A stretch of 64,000 nt of DNA from an uncultured Solirubrobacteraceae bacterium (GCA_963800815.1 CAWDCP010000002.1:12437-76436), one strand, 5' to 3'; positions 10,110 to 20,448 are shown, counted from the stretch's first letter. Notes: a model not told the origin generated them from the sequence alone. Numbers and translations are program-made.

Positions 10110-10997
10110 TTAAGGCTTGCGCGCCCGGATGATCGCGGCCGAGGCGTGTTCGTGGACTCGATGGGTCGGTTCGATCTCGATCTCCTGGAGCCCTGCGGCG
10201 GTGAGGGTCGCGCGGAACTCGTCCTCGGTGAGGGCGCCGGCTATGCAGCCGGTCTGGGCGGTCATGGCGGCCTTGGTGGGCTCGTCCATGTCGGGATCGG
10301 CGATCACGTCCGAGATCGCGAACCGTCCGCCGTGGCGCAGAACACGCGCGGCTTCGGCGATCGTCTTGGGCTTGTCACCGGAGAGGTTGATCACGCAGTT
10401 GGAGCTGACGACGTCGACGCTCGCGTCGGTGAGCGGCATCTCCTCGAGATAGCCCTTGATGAACTCGGCATTCGTGACGCCGGCCTTCTCGGCGTTCGCG
10501 CGGGCGAGATCGAGCATCTCGTCGGTCATGTCGAGTCCGATCGCTCTGCCGGTCGGCGCGACGCGCCGTGCGCTGATGAGAACGTCGGCGCCGGCGCCGG
10601 ACCCCAGGTCGAGCACGATCTCCCCGGGGCGCAGGTCGGCCACCGCGGTCGGCACACCACACCCGAGCGACGCCGCCACCGCGTCGCGGGCGCCTTCGGC
10701 GTGCTGCTCGTCGTAGAGGACGGCGCCGAATACCTCGTGGCCGTGCCCATCGGTCACACCCACGGTCCAGCTGCAGGCCGTCTCGCCGCCGCCCGCGGCG
10801 ACACGGGCGGCCGCCGCGTACCGCTCGCGGACGACCTCACGGATGTCCTCTGCGGAGGCGGTCGTGTCGCCGGCGGCGCAGCCACAGACGGCCGATTCGG
10901 TGGTGCAGCAGCCCTCCTTGTCGTGCGGCTCGCAGCACGTTGCCTGCTGCTCGGTGCTGCAGCACGCAGAGGAGGTGGTCGGGGTCAGCTCAGCCAT
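10110..10997 (-). CDS. arsM: Arsenite S-adenosylmethionine methyltransferase with Cys-rich N-terminal extension
   Basis: [39 protein letters not shown]; directly downstream of arsR. Confidence 0.9.
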   Translation of the reverse strand: MAELTPTTSSACCSTEQQATCCEPHDKEGCCTTESAVCGCAAGDTTASAEDIREVVRERYAAAARVAAGGGETACSWTVGVTDGHGHEVFGAVLYDEQHAEGARDAVAASLGCGVPTAVADLRPGEIVLDLGSGAGADVLISARRVAPTGRAIGLDMTDEMLDLARANAEKAGVTNAEFIKGYLEEMPLTDASVDVVSSNCVINLSGDKPKTIAEAARVLRHGGRFAISDVIADPDMDEPTKAAMTAQTGCIAGALTEDEFRATLTAAGLQEIEIEPTHRVHEHASAAIIRARKP

Positions 10998-11338
10998 AGC
11001 GAGAGCTCCTTCAGCGCGTCGGGGATCACGTAGTAGTAGGCCCACAGCCCCTCCCGCTCAGAGCCGACGATCCCGGCCTGCCGCAGGACCTTGAGATGGT
11101 GCGAGACAGTCGGCTGGGAGAGGTCGAACAGGGGGACGAGCTCGCACACGCACACCTTTCCGGCGTGCTTGCGCAACACGTCGACGAGCTGCAGCCGGAC
11201 CGGATCGCCCAGCGCTTTGGCGATCGCCGCCATCCGCTGCGCCTGCTCACGCTCGACATCGGGGTAGACGACCGGCTGGCAGCACGGATCGCCGGGCGGG
11301 CGCTTGGTCTTGGGCGTCAGCTCCAAATCGATACTCAT
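10985..11338 (-). CDS. arsR: ArsR/SmtB-family repressor
   Basis: KALGDPVRL, VCVCEL, SQPTVSHHLKVL; N-terminal CC. Confidence 0.92.
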   Translation of the reverse strand: MSIDLELTPKTKRPPGDPCCQPVVYPDVEREQAQRMAAIAKALGDPVRLQLVDVLRKHAGKVCVCELVPLFDLSQPTVSHHLKVLRQAGIVGSEREGLWAYYYVIPDALKELSLWLS

Positions 11339-11356
11339 CGATATACATATATCGAT
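11337..11356. promoter_or_regulatory. Probable ArsR operator
   Basis: Perfect AT-rich dyad ATCGATATA-CA-TATATCGAT overlapping the arsR start; TTGACG on the minus strand just upstream. Confidence 0.75.
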
Positions 11357-11446
11357 TGAAGTGATGCTCGTCAATGGTTACAGTCTTCCCGCGCGGCCTG
11401 TTCACGGCCGGCATCGAGGGAATCTCAGCCCCTGAGAGGAGCCAGA

Positions 11447-11851
11447 TTGCACGTCCTGTTCGTCTGTCTGCACAACGCCGGGCGCTCGCAGATGAGCCAA
11501 GCGCTGTTCGAGCGCGCCGCCGGCGGACGACACGAGGCGCGCTCCGCCGGGACCACCCCAGGCGAGCGAGTGCACCCTCCGGTTGTGTCGGTGATGGACG
11601 AGCTGGGCATCGACCTCTCCGGACGCACGCCGCAGCTGCTCACGCGTGAACTGGCGGAGTGGGCCGACCTCGTCGTGACGATGGGCTGCGGCGATCAGTG
11701 CCCGTTCGTGCCTGGCGTGCGCTACGTCGACTGGGAGCTGCCGGACCCCGCCGCGCGACCCGTCGAGGAGGTCCGAGCCACCCGGGACGAGATCGACCGC
11801 CGGGTCCGAGTGCTGGTGGCCGAACTCGATTCAGCCGCCGTCGAGCGCTGA
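11447..11851 (+). CDS. arsC: LMW-PTP-family arsenate reductase
   Basis: VLFVCLHNAGRSQM P-loop, TMGCGDQCP, DWELPDP; TTG start after GAGAGGAG. Confidence 0.88.
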   Translation: MHVLFVCLHNAGRSQMSQALFERAAGGRHEARSAGTTPGERVHPPVVSVMDELGIDLSGRTPQLLTRELAEWADLVVTMGCGDQCPFVPGVRYVDWELPDPAARPVEEVRATRDEIDRRVRVLVAELDSAAVER

Positions 11852-11882
11852 AGAACATTGCACCGAGAACTCTCCCGCGCGG

Positions 11883-12872
11883 TCACCACCGCTTGAGACT
11901 CCTGCAGACGGCCAGGCAGATCCACAGAGGAAGGTCCTTGTCCTTCGCTCGCAGGAGCTTGAACGCAAACGTCCCGTCGGTGCGTTGGAGCTCGGCCAGC
12001 CGGGCCATTGCCGCGGCGATTGGTGGTGTGTCCGGGTCGAAGCCGAGGCGTGAGAGAGTGTCGAGGCTCGAGACGATGTCGGTGAACCAGAAGGGGAACG
12101 AGACTCGCTCCCAGTAGCTGACGTCGCCCCGGTCGGCGTAGGCGTCGCGTGTGTACAGGCGGTTCGCCAGCAGTGCTCCTGCGTGCCGGACCTCGGTCGC
12201 TTTGCGCCAAGTGGGATGGGCGGAGAACGCCCGCAGCACCATTCCGGTGACGAGATAGGAGGACGGCTTCGACGTATCGGGCGCGAGTGGTTGCGGGTGA
12301 CGCTCGACGTCAATGAACTCTGGGAAGGGGACGCCTATGGTCCGCACCGGGATCGCCCAGCCGCCGTTGCGCTGACGCATCGCCAGCAGCCAGGCCAACG
12401 CTTTTGCGATCCTCCGGTCATCGGCATACCCGGCTTTGATCAGCAACTCGAGGATCGCCCCGACGTACGTCGTTGCGTACTGGTTTCCGTAAATGCCTCG
12501 GAGGTCGCCCTCGTCGGTCTGAAACGAGAGGAGATAGGTGGCAGCCCGGTCGACCGACGAATGCTGCCGGGTGAGGCCGAACTTCTCCACCAATATCCCG
12601 AGCTGACGAAAGGTCTCGAGTTGGTCGTAGTTCTCCTGGGACCGAATCGCGCGCTTGCCGCTCGGATAGCGCCATGAGCCATTCGGGCTCTGCTTGGCGA
12701 GCACTCGGCGGGCCTCGGGCAGGTCCCAGAGGACGTTGACCAGATCTCCGCCTCGGCCAAGCAGGTCCCGCCTCGCGAAATACGCGATCGCGGCATTGTC
12801 AGACGACACGAGAAGCGGAGCGGGGTCAACGGTGAGGACTCCTTCTCCTCGCGCCGCTATGGCACGGGCCAT
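11883..12872 (-). CDS. Prenyltransferase/squalene-cyclase-like alpha-barrel protein
   Basis: QW-type repeats LAKQSPNGSW, LSFQTDEGDL, LAMRQRNGGW, LAELQRTDGTF; the longer track ORF is antisense to the next gene. Confidence 0.7.
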   Translation of the reverse strand: MARAIAARGEGVLTVDPAPLLVSSDNAAIAYFARRDLLGRGGDLVNVLWDLPEARRVLAKQSPNGSWRYPSGKRAIRSQENYDQLETFRQLGILVEKFGLTRQHSSVDRAATYLLSFQTDEGDLRGIYGNQYATTYVGAILELLIKAGYADDRRIAKALAWLLAMRQRNGGWAIPVRTIGVPFPEFIDVERHPQPLAPDTSKPSSYLVTGMVLRAFSAHPTWRKATEVRHAGALLANRLYTRDAYADRGDVSYWERVSFPFWFTDIVSSLDTLSRLGFDPDTPPIAAAMARLAELQRTDGTFAFKLLRAKDKDLPLWICLAVCRSLKRW

Positions 12873-12932
12873 ACGAGGAGCATATGACCAGCGTCGCCCC
12901 GACCCGGTCCGTCGTGCGAACCTTCTGCTCGG

Positions 12933-13565
12933 ATGACGACCAACGACCTCGAGCAGTCGAGCACTGGCCCCGGTGAGTCCCGTGCCGGCGTCGATCTGTA
13001 TTGGTTGCCGTTGGGGGCGGGTGGCCATTCCGTGCGGCTCAACGGTCGCGTGTTCGAAGCGGTGGTGTCGCGGCTCGAGCATCGGCCGGCGTGTGATCTG
13101 TACCACTCGGCGCTCGAGGTGCGCGTGCCGGAGGGACGCTTCGTGATCGAGCAAGCGCCCGTCCCGGACGGCGAAGGGGCGCGGCGCGGCGTGGCCGCTG
13201 GTGGCGCGGTTGGGGCGCGCTGGGCGGGGCGCTTTCGGATCTTCCGCTACGAGGTGCGTCGCTGGCGCGATGGGGTCATCCCGGATGTCGGCGAGGCGGT
13301 CGATAGCCCGCAGCGGCTGACGGATGATCCAGACTGTGCACGCCGATTGCTCGACCTCGTGCCATCCCTCCCAACGCCGGTTTGGGGCCGGGACGAGTTG
13401 GACGCCGGCGAGATGTGGAACTCCAACTCGGTGATCTCGTGGTTGATCGCCGGCAGTGGCTTGAACCCGGGTCCGATCCAGCCACCGGACGGTGGCCGTG
13501 CTCCGGGCTGGGACGCTGGGCTCGTGGTGGCTCGCCGACAGGCGGCGCACCAGCATCCTGCTTGA
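12933..13565 (+). CDS. Conserved hypothetical protein, possible permuted papain-fold hydrolase
   Basis: VDLYWLPL, LYHSALEV, WNSNSVISWL, APGW. Confidence 0.7.
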   Translation: MTTNDLEQSSTGPGESRAGVDLYWLPLGAGGHSVRLNGRVFEAVVSRLEHRPACDLYHSALEVRVPEGRFVIEQAPVPDGEGARRGVAAGGAVGARWAGRFRIFRYEVRRWRDGVIPDVGEAVDSPQRLTDDPDCARRLLDLVPSLPTPVWGRDELDAGEMWNSNSVISWLIAGSGLNPGPIQPPDGGRAPGWDAGLVVARRQAAHQHPA

Positions 13566-13684
13566 CCACGTGTGTTGCCGGACGTCGTACCCGTGGTTTC
13601 TCCGTCCCTGGCCGGCGGGGAACTGCGGATGGCGAGCAGCTGTCCGCATCATAGCGTTGGGTTCCGGCCAAGGAGGAGGTTCGG

Positions 13685-14353
13685 ATGGCGATCGAGGATC
13701 GAACCAGCGCCGCCGACCGAGTGGCAGCTCGATCGACGATCGGCGGCCCGCCGGCCGGCGAGCCGATGCTGATTGACCGCTTGATGCCCCGCTATGACGC
13801 TGTCCGCACCGAGCACCGTATCGTCCCGGGCGACACCGCGACCGTATACGCCGCGGCTCGCCGCGCCGACTTCATCCGTGCGTGGCGGGAGTCCGTCGCC
13901 GTCCGGCTGCTGTTCGCCGCTCGCGGCCTGGGTGAGCGGGCGGTCTCACTGATCGCTCGGCGCGAGCATCGCGAGCCACCGCCGCCGGAGTCGATGCGAC
14001 TCGCCGACATGCCCACCCGCGGTGACTGGGTGCTCCTCGGCGAGGACCCACCCCACGAGATCGCGTTCGGCGTTGTCGGACGCTTCTGGGCTGGAGAGAC
14101 CGTTTGGGCGCAAATCGACGCCTCCGACTTCGAGGCATTCGCCGAACCCGGCTTCGGAAAGATCGCCTGCAACTTCTCGCTGCGCCCCTACGGCCCTGAC
14201 CGGACACTCGTGAGCTACGAATGTCGGACGCTCGCGACCGACGCGACCGCCCGCCGGGGTTTCATGCGCTACTGGCGGCCACTGGCGCCGTTCATCGGCC
14301 TGGTCATGCGCTCACAACTGCGGGTCATCGAAGCGGAAACCACCGGCCGCTAG
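13685..14353 (+). CDS. Conserved hypothetical protein (DUF2867-like)
   Basis: Strong RBS AGGAGGAGG; LIDRLMPRYD, EIAFGVVGRFW, FMRYWR pattern. Confidence 0.75.
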   Translation: MAIEDRTSAADRVAARSTIGGPPAGEPMLIDRLMPRYDAVRTEHRIVPGDTATVYAAARRADFIRAWRESVAVRLLFAARGLGERAVSLIARREHREPPPPESMRLADMPTRGDWVLLGEDPPHEIAFGVVGRFWAGETVWAQIDASDFEAFAEPGFGKIACNFSLRPYGPDRTLVSYECRTLATDATARRGFMRYWRPLAPFIGLVMRSQLRVIEAETTGR

Positions 14354-14372
14354 AGCGAGCGGGCGGCGTACC

Positions 14373-15239
14373 TCAAATCGGTTGCTGCACTCCGGTCTCG
14401 AGGGCGCGCACGGACACTTCATCGCCGCCTACGGCACCGAGACGGCGGAGCGCAGCGTCGCGAGTCGGCCCCTGCCCGAACGCCACGAGGAAGCGGTCGC
14501 GAAGCGCGCGCTGAGCGGCCACGGGCAGTAACCGGTGGCCGTAGATCCGCTGGTGAAGCTCGCCCGGCCTCCGGCTCCCGCGACGACCATGAGCCAACGC
14601 GAGGTTGTCGAACACGAGCATGTCGCCAGGGCGCAGGGGCACCTCGACCTCGACGGCGTCGACATTCAGGCCGAGCTGCTTGAAGAAGCTCAGCTCGGCC
14701 GCCAGCGTGTCGAACTCCATCCCGCAGAGAAAGCCGGCGGTGGACTTCACGCTCGGCAGCCGCGGTGCCCCGGCGGCCGCCTCGACAACGCGGGCCAGGC
14801 TGCCTTCGGAGTAGCCGTCGGCGTCGTCCCACGCCCCGTGCGACTCGCCGTAGGCCATCAGATTCCCGAGCAGCGACTCCTGGTCTGGCCAGCCACGCTG
14901 AGCAAGAAGAGCCTCCAGCCTCACCAACCGCGTCACCGCCGTGACCCCGACGGCCGAGCGCGGGACGAAGAGCGCCGTGTACCGTGCCACATCCTGATCG
15001 CACTGCGGGTTCAGGGGGAGGCCAAAATCGAAGTGGAGGGTCTGGAACTCGCGAGTCGCTTCGCCATCAGGCGGTGGCACGATGAACTCACCGATTACGG
15101 CGAGCGCGTCGTGACCGTCCGACGCGACGCACTCCTCGATCCGCTCCTGCGATCGGGCGAACGCCGCCGCAGGAGTGGCGAACGCCGACTGGATCCAGAC
15201 AAACCCGGCCTCCCGGAGAGCGGAAAACGCCGCAGTCAC
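14373..15239 (-). CDS. Putative TauD/TfdA-like Fe(II)/2-oxoglutarate dioxygenase (start uncertain)
   Basis: HxD (LHFD) and LRPGDMLVFDNLALAHGR. Confidence 0.7.
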   Translation of the reverse strand: MTAAFSALREAGFVWIQSAFATPAAAFARSQERIEECVASDGHDALAVIGEFIVPPPDGEATREFQTLHFDFGLPLNPQCDQDVARYTALFVPRSAVGVTAVTRLVRLEALLAQRGWPDQESLLGNLMAYGESHGAWDDADGYSEGSLARVVEAAAGAPRLPSVKSTAGFLCGMEFDTLAAELSFFKQLGLNVDAVEVEVPLRPGDMLVFDNLALAHGRRGSRRPGELHQRIYGHRLLPVAAQRALRDRFLVAFGQGPTRDAALRRLGAVGGDEVSVRALETGVQQPI

Positions 15240-15393
15240 GCTCCCAGTGTCCCATGCGGCAAAGCCGATGCGTAGCGCTCCCGCAAACGACGGCGCCGCG
15301 CGCGTGTGCGTGCCGCGGGCGGGATGCAAGGCGCTGATGACCCCTGTCCCGCCGGCGGCGTTCCGGGTTCGGGGATTGGTTGAATCCCGCCCG

Positions 15394-15906
15394 ATGTCCG
15401 TCAGCCCGCGTCGCCGATCCAAGTCACTGCCCGGCCACCTCCCGGAAGCAGGCCCGGGCGAGGTGCTCGTCTGGACCGATGGCTCATGCCAGCGCAATCC
15501 CGGCCCTGGCGGGTGGGCTGCGCTGGTCTGCTGGGAGGATGGCGTGGTCGAGGAGCACAGCGGCGGGCTGGCCCACACGACGAACAACATCATGGAGATG
15601 CTCGCTGCCCTGGAGGGCTTGCGCGCGCTGCCGCCCGGGTCCCGTGCCTGCATCGTGACCGACTCGCGTTACCTGCACGACGGCATGACCTCCTGGATGG
15701 CCGGCTGGAAGCGCAAGAACTGGAAGACAGCCTCAGGCGAGCCGGTCAAGAACAAGGAGATCTGGGTCCAGCTCGACGCCGCAGCGTCGGACCACGAGCG
15801 GGTTCGCTGGCACTGGGTCAAGGGGCACATCGGCCACGCTCTCAACGAGCGAGCCGACGTGCTTGCGGTCGCCGCCACGCGCAGCGCCGCTCGGTCCGCG
15901 CGCTGA
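15394..15906 (+). CDS. rnhA: Ribonuclease HI
   Basis: WTDGSC..NPGPGGW, TTNNIME, TDSRY, WKRKNWKT, WHWVKGH, NERAD. Confidence 0.93.
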   Translation: MSVSPRRRSKSLPGHLPEAGPGEVLVWTDGSCQRNPGPGGWAALVCWEDGVVEEHSGGLAHTTNNIMEMLAALEGLRALPPGSRACIVTDSRYLHDGMTSWMAGWKRKNWKTASGEPVKNKEIWVQLDAAASDHERVRWHWVKGHIGHALNERADVLAVAATRSAARSAR

Positions 15907-15973
15907 TACCTGGGCGACGAGCCCGATGGCGCTCCGGGGCCAGGTTGTCGCCACAACTCCGGGTTGGCCCAGG

Positions 15974-17593
15974 CTAGTACCCCTGCTGGATCGCCGCCTC
16001 GATCCCACCCAGGTCGTCGTCGATACCGAAGATGTCGGTCAGAGCCCCGAGCGGAATGTTCGCCACGAGGTCGGCGAAGACCAGCAGCCGCCCGCTCTCG
16101 GCCTCGATGTAACCGACGTGCGTGTGCGCGCCCTCGATGCAGTGGGTGAATACGCAGCCGAGCAGGTTCCCGGTCTTCGCCTGGATCTTCCCGGCGACCG
16201 GCGTCCCCTTCTCGACGGTTGCAAGCGTCCCGTCGACGCCGACGATCGGCAGCCCGTACCGGAGCGCGGAGCCGTAGGAGCGCGCCCGGACGTTGCGCAG
16301 AAACGTCGTCATCGCCTCGGGAGTGGTGCGGTCGCGGTTGTCGGAGCCGGCGCCGTCGAAGGGGAATGTCGTCGAGGGAGGGACGCCGAGCCTCGCGTTG
16401 TTGCGGACAATCCCGCGCAGGCCATCCTCGCAGTTGCGCGACCCGAGCCTGACCGCGGTGAGGCAGACCATGAGATTGGCCCCGCGGTTGTAGCTGACCT
16501 TGAGGATCACCTTGGTGTACTCGGAGAGCGGCGGCGACACGCGCTGCGCGACGCGGCGGCTCGCCGGGTAGAACCGCGACCGCGGCAGCACGCGCGTGGG
16601 GTTGGCTCCGGTAGCTCGCGCGTCGACGCGGACGCCATGACGCTCGAGCGCCTCGATGAACGCAGTGCGGGCGAACGCGGCGGGGTCCGGGATCTCGAAG
16701 ATCTTCAGGATCGGTCCCCCGCCCGCGGGCACCGATCCCCCGATGCGGACCAGCCCGTCGGAGACCTTCGAGACGGTGAGCGACGGCTGCGAGCCGCGCT
16801 TGCCCGTCTTCACCGCCGACTGCACCCGCCACGCGGCGGTCGCCGGCCGATAGGTGACGCGCGCGGGCTTGCCCGCGGTCGTCGGCCGCGAGGTGATGTC
16901 GAGCACGTTCTCGTTGATCCAGATCGGCGTGATCGGCCCGCCCGTGAAGTGGGTGAAGGTCTCAAAGAGCCGGTCGTCGATCACCACGTTTCCGCGCACG
17001 CGCCTGACGCCGGCCCCGCGCACCTGCTCGGCGAGTTGATCGACGCCGGCCAGCGGGTTGGAGTTCTTGAGCGTCGTTGGGCCGGGAAGCCCGACGTAGG
17101 CGTTGTTGTGATCGGCCTCCGGCGCGCTGTTGAACGCGAGCTTGCCGTTCGGGCGCTCGCGCAGGCCGAAGGAGTAGTCGCCCGAGGCGACCAAGACGAG
17201 GTTCCCGTTCAGCGTGCCACCCTTCACGTCGCCGGTCCGGAAGACCGGCGTGTGGAATCGGTAGGCCCGCCCGTAGGCGTCGAGCACGGCCGCTGCCGTG
17301 TAGACCTTCATGATCGATCCCGGCGGGAACAGGCGCGCGCTGTTCTGAGAGACGAGGACCTCGCCGGTGGTGGCGTCGCTCACCTGCAGCCCCCACGTGC
17401 TGTGGTCATACAGCGGCTTGGCCTGGGTCCGGGTGATCGTCTCGGCGACCGACGAGGGGATCGGCGGGGTGAACGGATCGAACGGCTCGACGATGGCACG
17501 AGCGGGCCCGGACACCACACCAGCGCAGGCGAGAACGCTGACCACGGCGGCGACGAGCGCAGCGCGGCCCACCCTCGGTGACCTTGAGGACAT
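15974..17593 (-). CDS. dacB: D-alanyl-D-alanine carboxypeptidase/endopeptidase (PBP4, peptidase S13)
   Basis: Signal peptide; SxxK (SIMK), SxN (SYN), KTG; DGAG. Confidence 0.9.
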   Translation of the reverse strand: MSSRSPRVGRAALVAAVVSVLACAGVVSGPARAIVEPFDPFTPPIPSSVAETITRTQAKPLYDHSTWGLQVSDATTGEVLVSQNSARLFPPGSIMKVYTAAAVLDAYGRAYRFHTPVFRTGDVKGGTLNGNLVLVASGDYSFGLRERPNGKLAFNSAPEADHNNAYVGLPGPTTLKNSNPLAGVDQLAEQVRGAGVRRVRGNVVIDDRLFETFTHFTGGPITPIWINENVLDITSRPTTAGKPARVTYRPATAAWRVQSAVKTGKRGSQPSLTVSKVSDGLVRIGGSVPAGGGPILKIFEIPDPAAFARTAFIEALERHGVRVDARATGANPTRVLPRSRFYPASRRVAQRVSPPLSEYTKVILKVSYNRGANLMVCLTAVRLGSRNCEDGLRGIVRNNARLGVPPSTTFPFDGAGSDNRDRTTPEAMTTFLRNVRARSYGSALRYGLPIVGVDGTLATVEKGTPVAGKIQAKTGNLLGCVFTHCIEGAHTHVGYIEAESGRLLVFADLVANIPLGALTDIFGIDDDLGGIEAAIQQGY

Positions 17594-17694
17594 GGCGCCG
17601 ACTCTGCCAGTCGCGGGCAGGCCGGTCAACGCGCCCGGGACCCTAGCCTGGTGAAGGTCTGGCGGTGGGCGCGATCGGGTGCCAGAATCGCTCC

Positions 17695-20448
17695 ATGTTG
17701 CTGGGCCGCGACCGGGAGCGAGCGCAGATCGAGCTGACGCTCGCGCAGGCCCGATCGGGACGGAGCGCGACGCTCGTGCTCGTCGGCGACCCCGGGATCG
17801 GCAAGACGGCGTTGCTCGCCCACGCCGCCGACCAGGCCGCCGGGATGCGCCTGCTCAGCGCGCGCGGAATCGAGTCGGAGGCGCAGATCCCGTTCGCCTC
17901 GCTGTTCGAATTGCTCCGTCCGGCCCTGGGCATGCTCGGCCAGCTTCCCAAGCCCCAGGCGGTGGCCCTGGAGGGAGCGCTCGCGCTCCGGCCGGCACAC
18001 GCCCAGGAGCGCTTCGCCGTCGGCGCGGCGACGCTCACCCTGCTTGCGGCCTATGCCGACGAGGCTCCGGTGGCTGTGTTGATCGACGACGCGCATTGGC
18101 TGGACAATCCGAGCTCACAGGCGCTCCTGTTCGCGTTCCGACGGCTCGTGGCGGATCCGATCGCCGTCGTGATCGCGGTCCGTGAGGACGAGCCCTCGCT
18201 CATCGACGGCACCGACCTGCCGAAGCTGCGGATCGACGGCCTGACGGCGGAGGAAGCGCTGACTCTCCTCGACGGGGTGACGCCGGAGGTGAGCGCGCGG
18301 TTGCATGACGCCACGGGCGGCAATCCGCTCGCGCTGCTGGAGCTCGCCGCGGACGGGCAGGATCTGGCGCTGGCCCCACCCGGGGCCCCCGTGATTGTCT
18401 CGGCAAGGATCGCGCGCGCGTTCCTGCGGCGGGTTGGAACGGTTGATGAAGCCACCCGCCGTGCGCTGGTGCTCGCGGCGACCAGCGACCGCGGCGAGCT
18501 GGCGATCCTCGAGCGCGCCGCGGCGATGCTGGGAGTCGATCTCTCGGCGCTGACCCGTGCCGAGAGCGCCGGACTGATCCGGCTGCGAGCCGGCTCACTC
18601 GAGTTCCGTCACCCTGTCGCCCGCTCCGCGATCTATGCCGAGGCTCCTCCGGGCCAGCGCCGCGACGCGCATCGCGCCCTCGCCGCCGCCCTGCCCGATC
18701 GAGACATCGACCGGCGCGCCTGGCATCTCGCCGCCGCGGCCGTGGGCACGGACGAATCCGCGTCGGCCGCACTCGAGCAGGCCGCAGGCCGCAGCCGCGA
18801 CCGCAGCGCGTATGCCACCGCGGCGGCGGCGCTCGAGCGAGCGGCACGGTTGTCGGCCGACGACGGGCGGCGGGCCCAGCTGCTGTGGGAGGCCGCCGAG
18901 GCAAGCTGGCTCGCCGGCCAGGGCGAACGCGCCAACGCGCTCCTCGATCAGGCCCGTGCCGCAACTGACGACGGCCCGCGGCTGGTCCAGATCGATCAAC
19001 TGGCCGGCCATATCGCTACGCGCCGCGGTTCGGTGATGCGCGGGCACGCGATCCTGTCCTCGGCCGCCACCAGAGCCGACCCCGAGCGCGCCGTCGCGAT
19101 GTTCGCCGAGGCCACGGCGGCCTGCTTCTACGCCGGCAACCCGTCGGAGATGTTGGTGACGGCGACGCAGGCCAGAGCAATCCTGCCCGAGGATGCGTCG
19201 ATCCGAGCGCGCTTCCTGGCCGCCGTCGCCTTCGGGATGGCACACGTGGTGGGTGGTGACGCCGCCGCCGGTGCAGAGGCCATTCATGAGGCGATCGAGC
19301 TCGCCGAGGGCTCGGCCGACCTGCGCGACGACCTTCAATTGCTCCCCTGGTTGGCGGTCGCCCCGATCTTCCTGCGCGAAACCGAAACCGGGCGATCCCT
19401 GCTCGATCAGGCGATCAGCACGGCTCGAGCGCGGGCTGCGATCGGGGCGCTGCCGGTCGTCCTCGGCCTGATTGCACGCGACGACGCGACGACGGACCGC
19501 TGGGCGCTCGCCGAGGTGGCCTATCGCGAAGCGATCGATCTCGCGCGCGAGGCCGATCAGCGCAGCGACCTCGTCTTCGGACTGGCAGGCCTGGCCTGGC
19601 TGGAAGGACGCCGGGGACAGGAATCGGAATGCCGGGCGCACGCGGCCGAGACGCTGATGCTCTGCGATCGACTCGGGACCCGGCTGTTCGAGGTCTGGGC
19701 AACGGCGGCCCTGGGCGAGCTCGAGCTTGGCCGCGGCGATGCGGCGCGGGCCGCTGAGCGGTTCGAGGAGCAGCATCGCTTGTTGCGCGAGCTCGGGATC
19801 AGTGACGCCGACCTCTCGCCGGCGCCCGAGCTCGTCGACGCCTACCTCCGGCTGGGCCGACACGACGACGCTGCGCGAATGGCCATGGACTTCACCGCCG
19901 CCGCGAATACGAAAGGGCAGCCATGGGCGCTGGCGCGGGCGCTGCGCTGCCAGGCTCTGCTCGCCGACGACGACAGCTTCGCGGAGCGCTTCGAAGAGGC
20001 GCTCTGTCACCACGCCCGTAGCCCCGACGCATTCGAGTTCGCCCGCACGCGCCTGGCGTATGGAGAACGGCTGCGCCGAGCACGAAGCCGGGTCCTGGCC
20101 CGCGAGCAGCTCCGCGCGGCGCTCGAGACCTTCGAGCGCCTCGACGCCCGCCCATGGGCCGAGCGCGCGCGCACCGAGCTCGCCGCCAGCGGCGACACGC
20201 TGCGGCGGCGCGATCCGAGCACGATGGACGAGCTGACCCCTCAAGAGCTGCAGATCGCACTGCTGCTCGCCGGCGGCAGGACCACCCGCGAAGCCGCTGC
20301 CGCCCTGTTCCTCAGCCCCAAGACGATCGAATACCACCTGCGCCACGTCTATCTGAAGCTCAACGTCCACAGCCGGGGTGAGCTCGCCCACGCTCTGGCC
20401 CCCGACCGGCACCGATCCACCGAGCGGACACCGGCCGTACTCCGATGA
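17695..20448 (+). CDS. Large ATP-binding LuxR-family regulator (AAA_16 + helical + HTH)
   Basis: GDPGIGKT, IDDAHWLD, GGNPLAL, FRHP, LTPQELQIA..LFLSPKTIEYHLRHVYLKL; CAGAAT 6 nt before ATG. Confidence 0.93.
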   Translation: MLLGRDRERAQIELTLAQARSGRSATLVLVGDPGIGKTALLAHAADQAAGMRLLSARGIESEAQIPFASLFELLRPALGMLGQLPKPQAVALEGALALRPAHAQERFAVGAATLTLLAAYADEAPVAVLIDDAHWLDNPSSQALLFAFRRLVADPIAVVIAVREDEPSLIDGTDLPKLRIDGLTAEEALTLLDGVTPEVSARLHDATGGNPLALLELAADGQDLALAPPGAPVIVSARIARAFLRRVGTVDEATRRALVLAATSDRGELAILERAAAMLGVDLSALTRAESAGLIRLRAGSLEFRHPVARSAIYAEAPPGQRRDAHRALAAALPDRDIDRRAWHLAAAAVGTDESASAALEQAAGRSRDRSAYATAAAALERAARLSADDGRRAQLLWEAAEASWLAGQGERANALLDQARAATDDGPRLVQIDQLAGHIATRRGSVMRGHAILSSAATRADPERAVAMFAEATAACFYAGNPSEMLVTATQARAILPEDASIRARFLAAVAFGMAHVVGGDAAAGAEAIHEAIELAEGSADLRDDLQLLPWLAVAPIFLRETETGRSLLDQAISTARARAAIGALPVVLGLIARDDATTDRWALAEVAYREAIDLAREADQRSDLVFGLAGLAWLEGRRGQESECRAHAAETLMLCDRLGTRLFEVWATAALGELELGRGDAARAAERFEEQHRLLRELGISDADLSPAPELVDAYLRLGRHDDAARMAMDFTAAANTKGQPWALARALRCQALLADDDSFAERFEEALCHHARSPDAFEFARTRLAYGERLRRARSRVLAREQLRAALETFERLDARPWAERARTELAASGDTLRRRDPSTMDELTPQELQIALLLAGGRTTREAAAALFLSPKTIEYHLRHVYLKLNVHSRGELAHALAPDRHRSTERTPAVLR

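Noticed and set aside
15394-15906. RNase H as part of a retroelement or defence system
   Set aside because: Ordinary stand-alone RNase HI; no reverse transcriptase or ncRNA nearby
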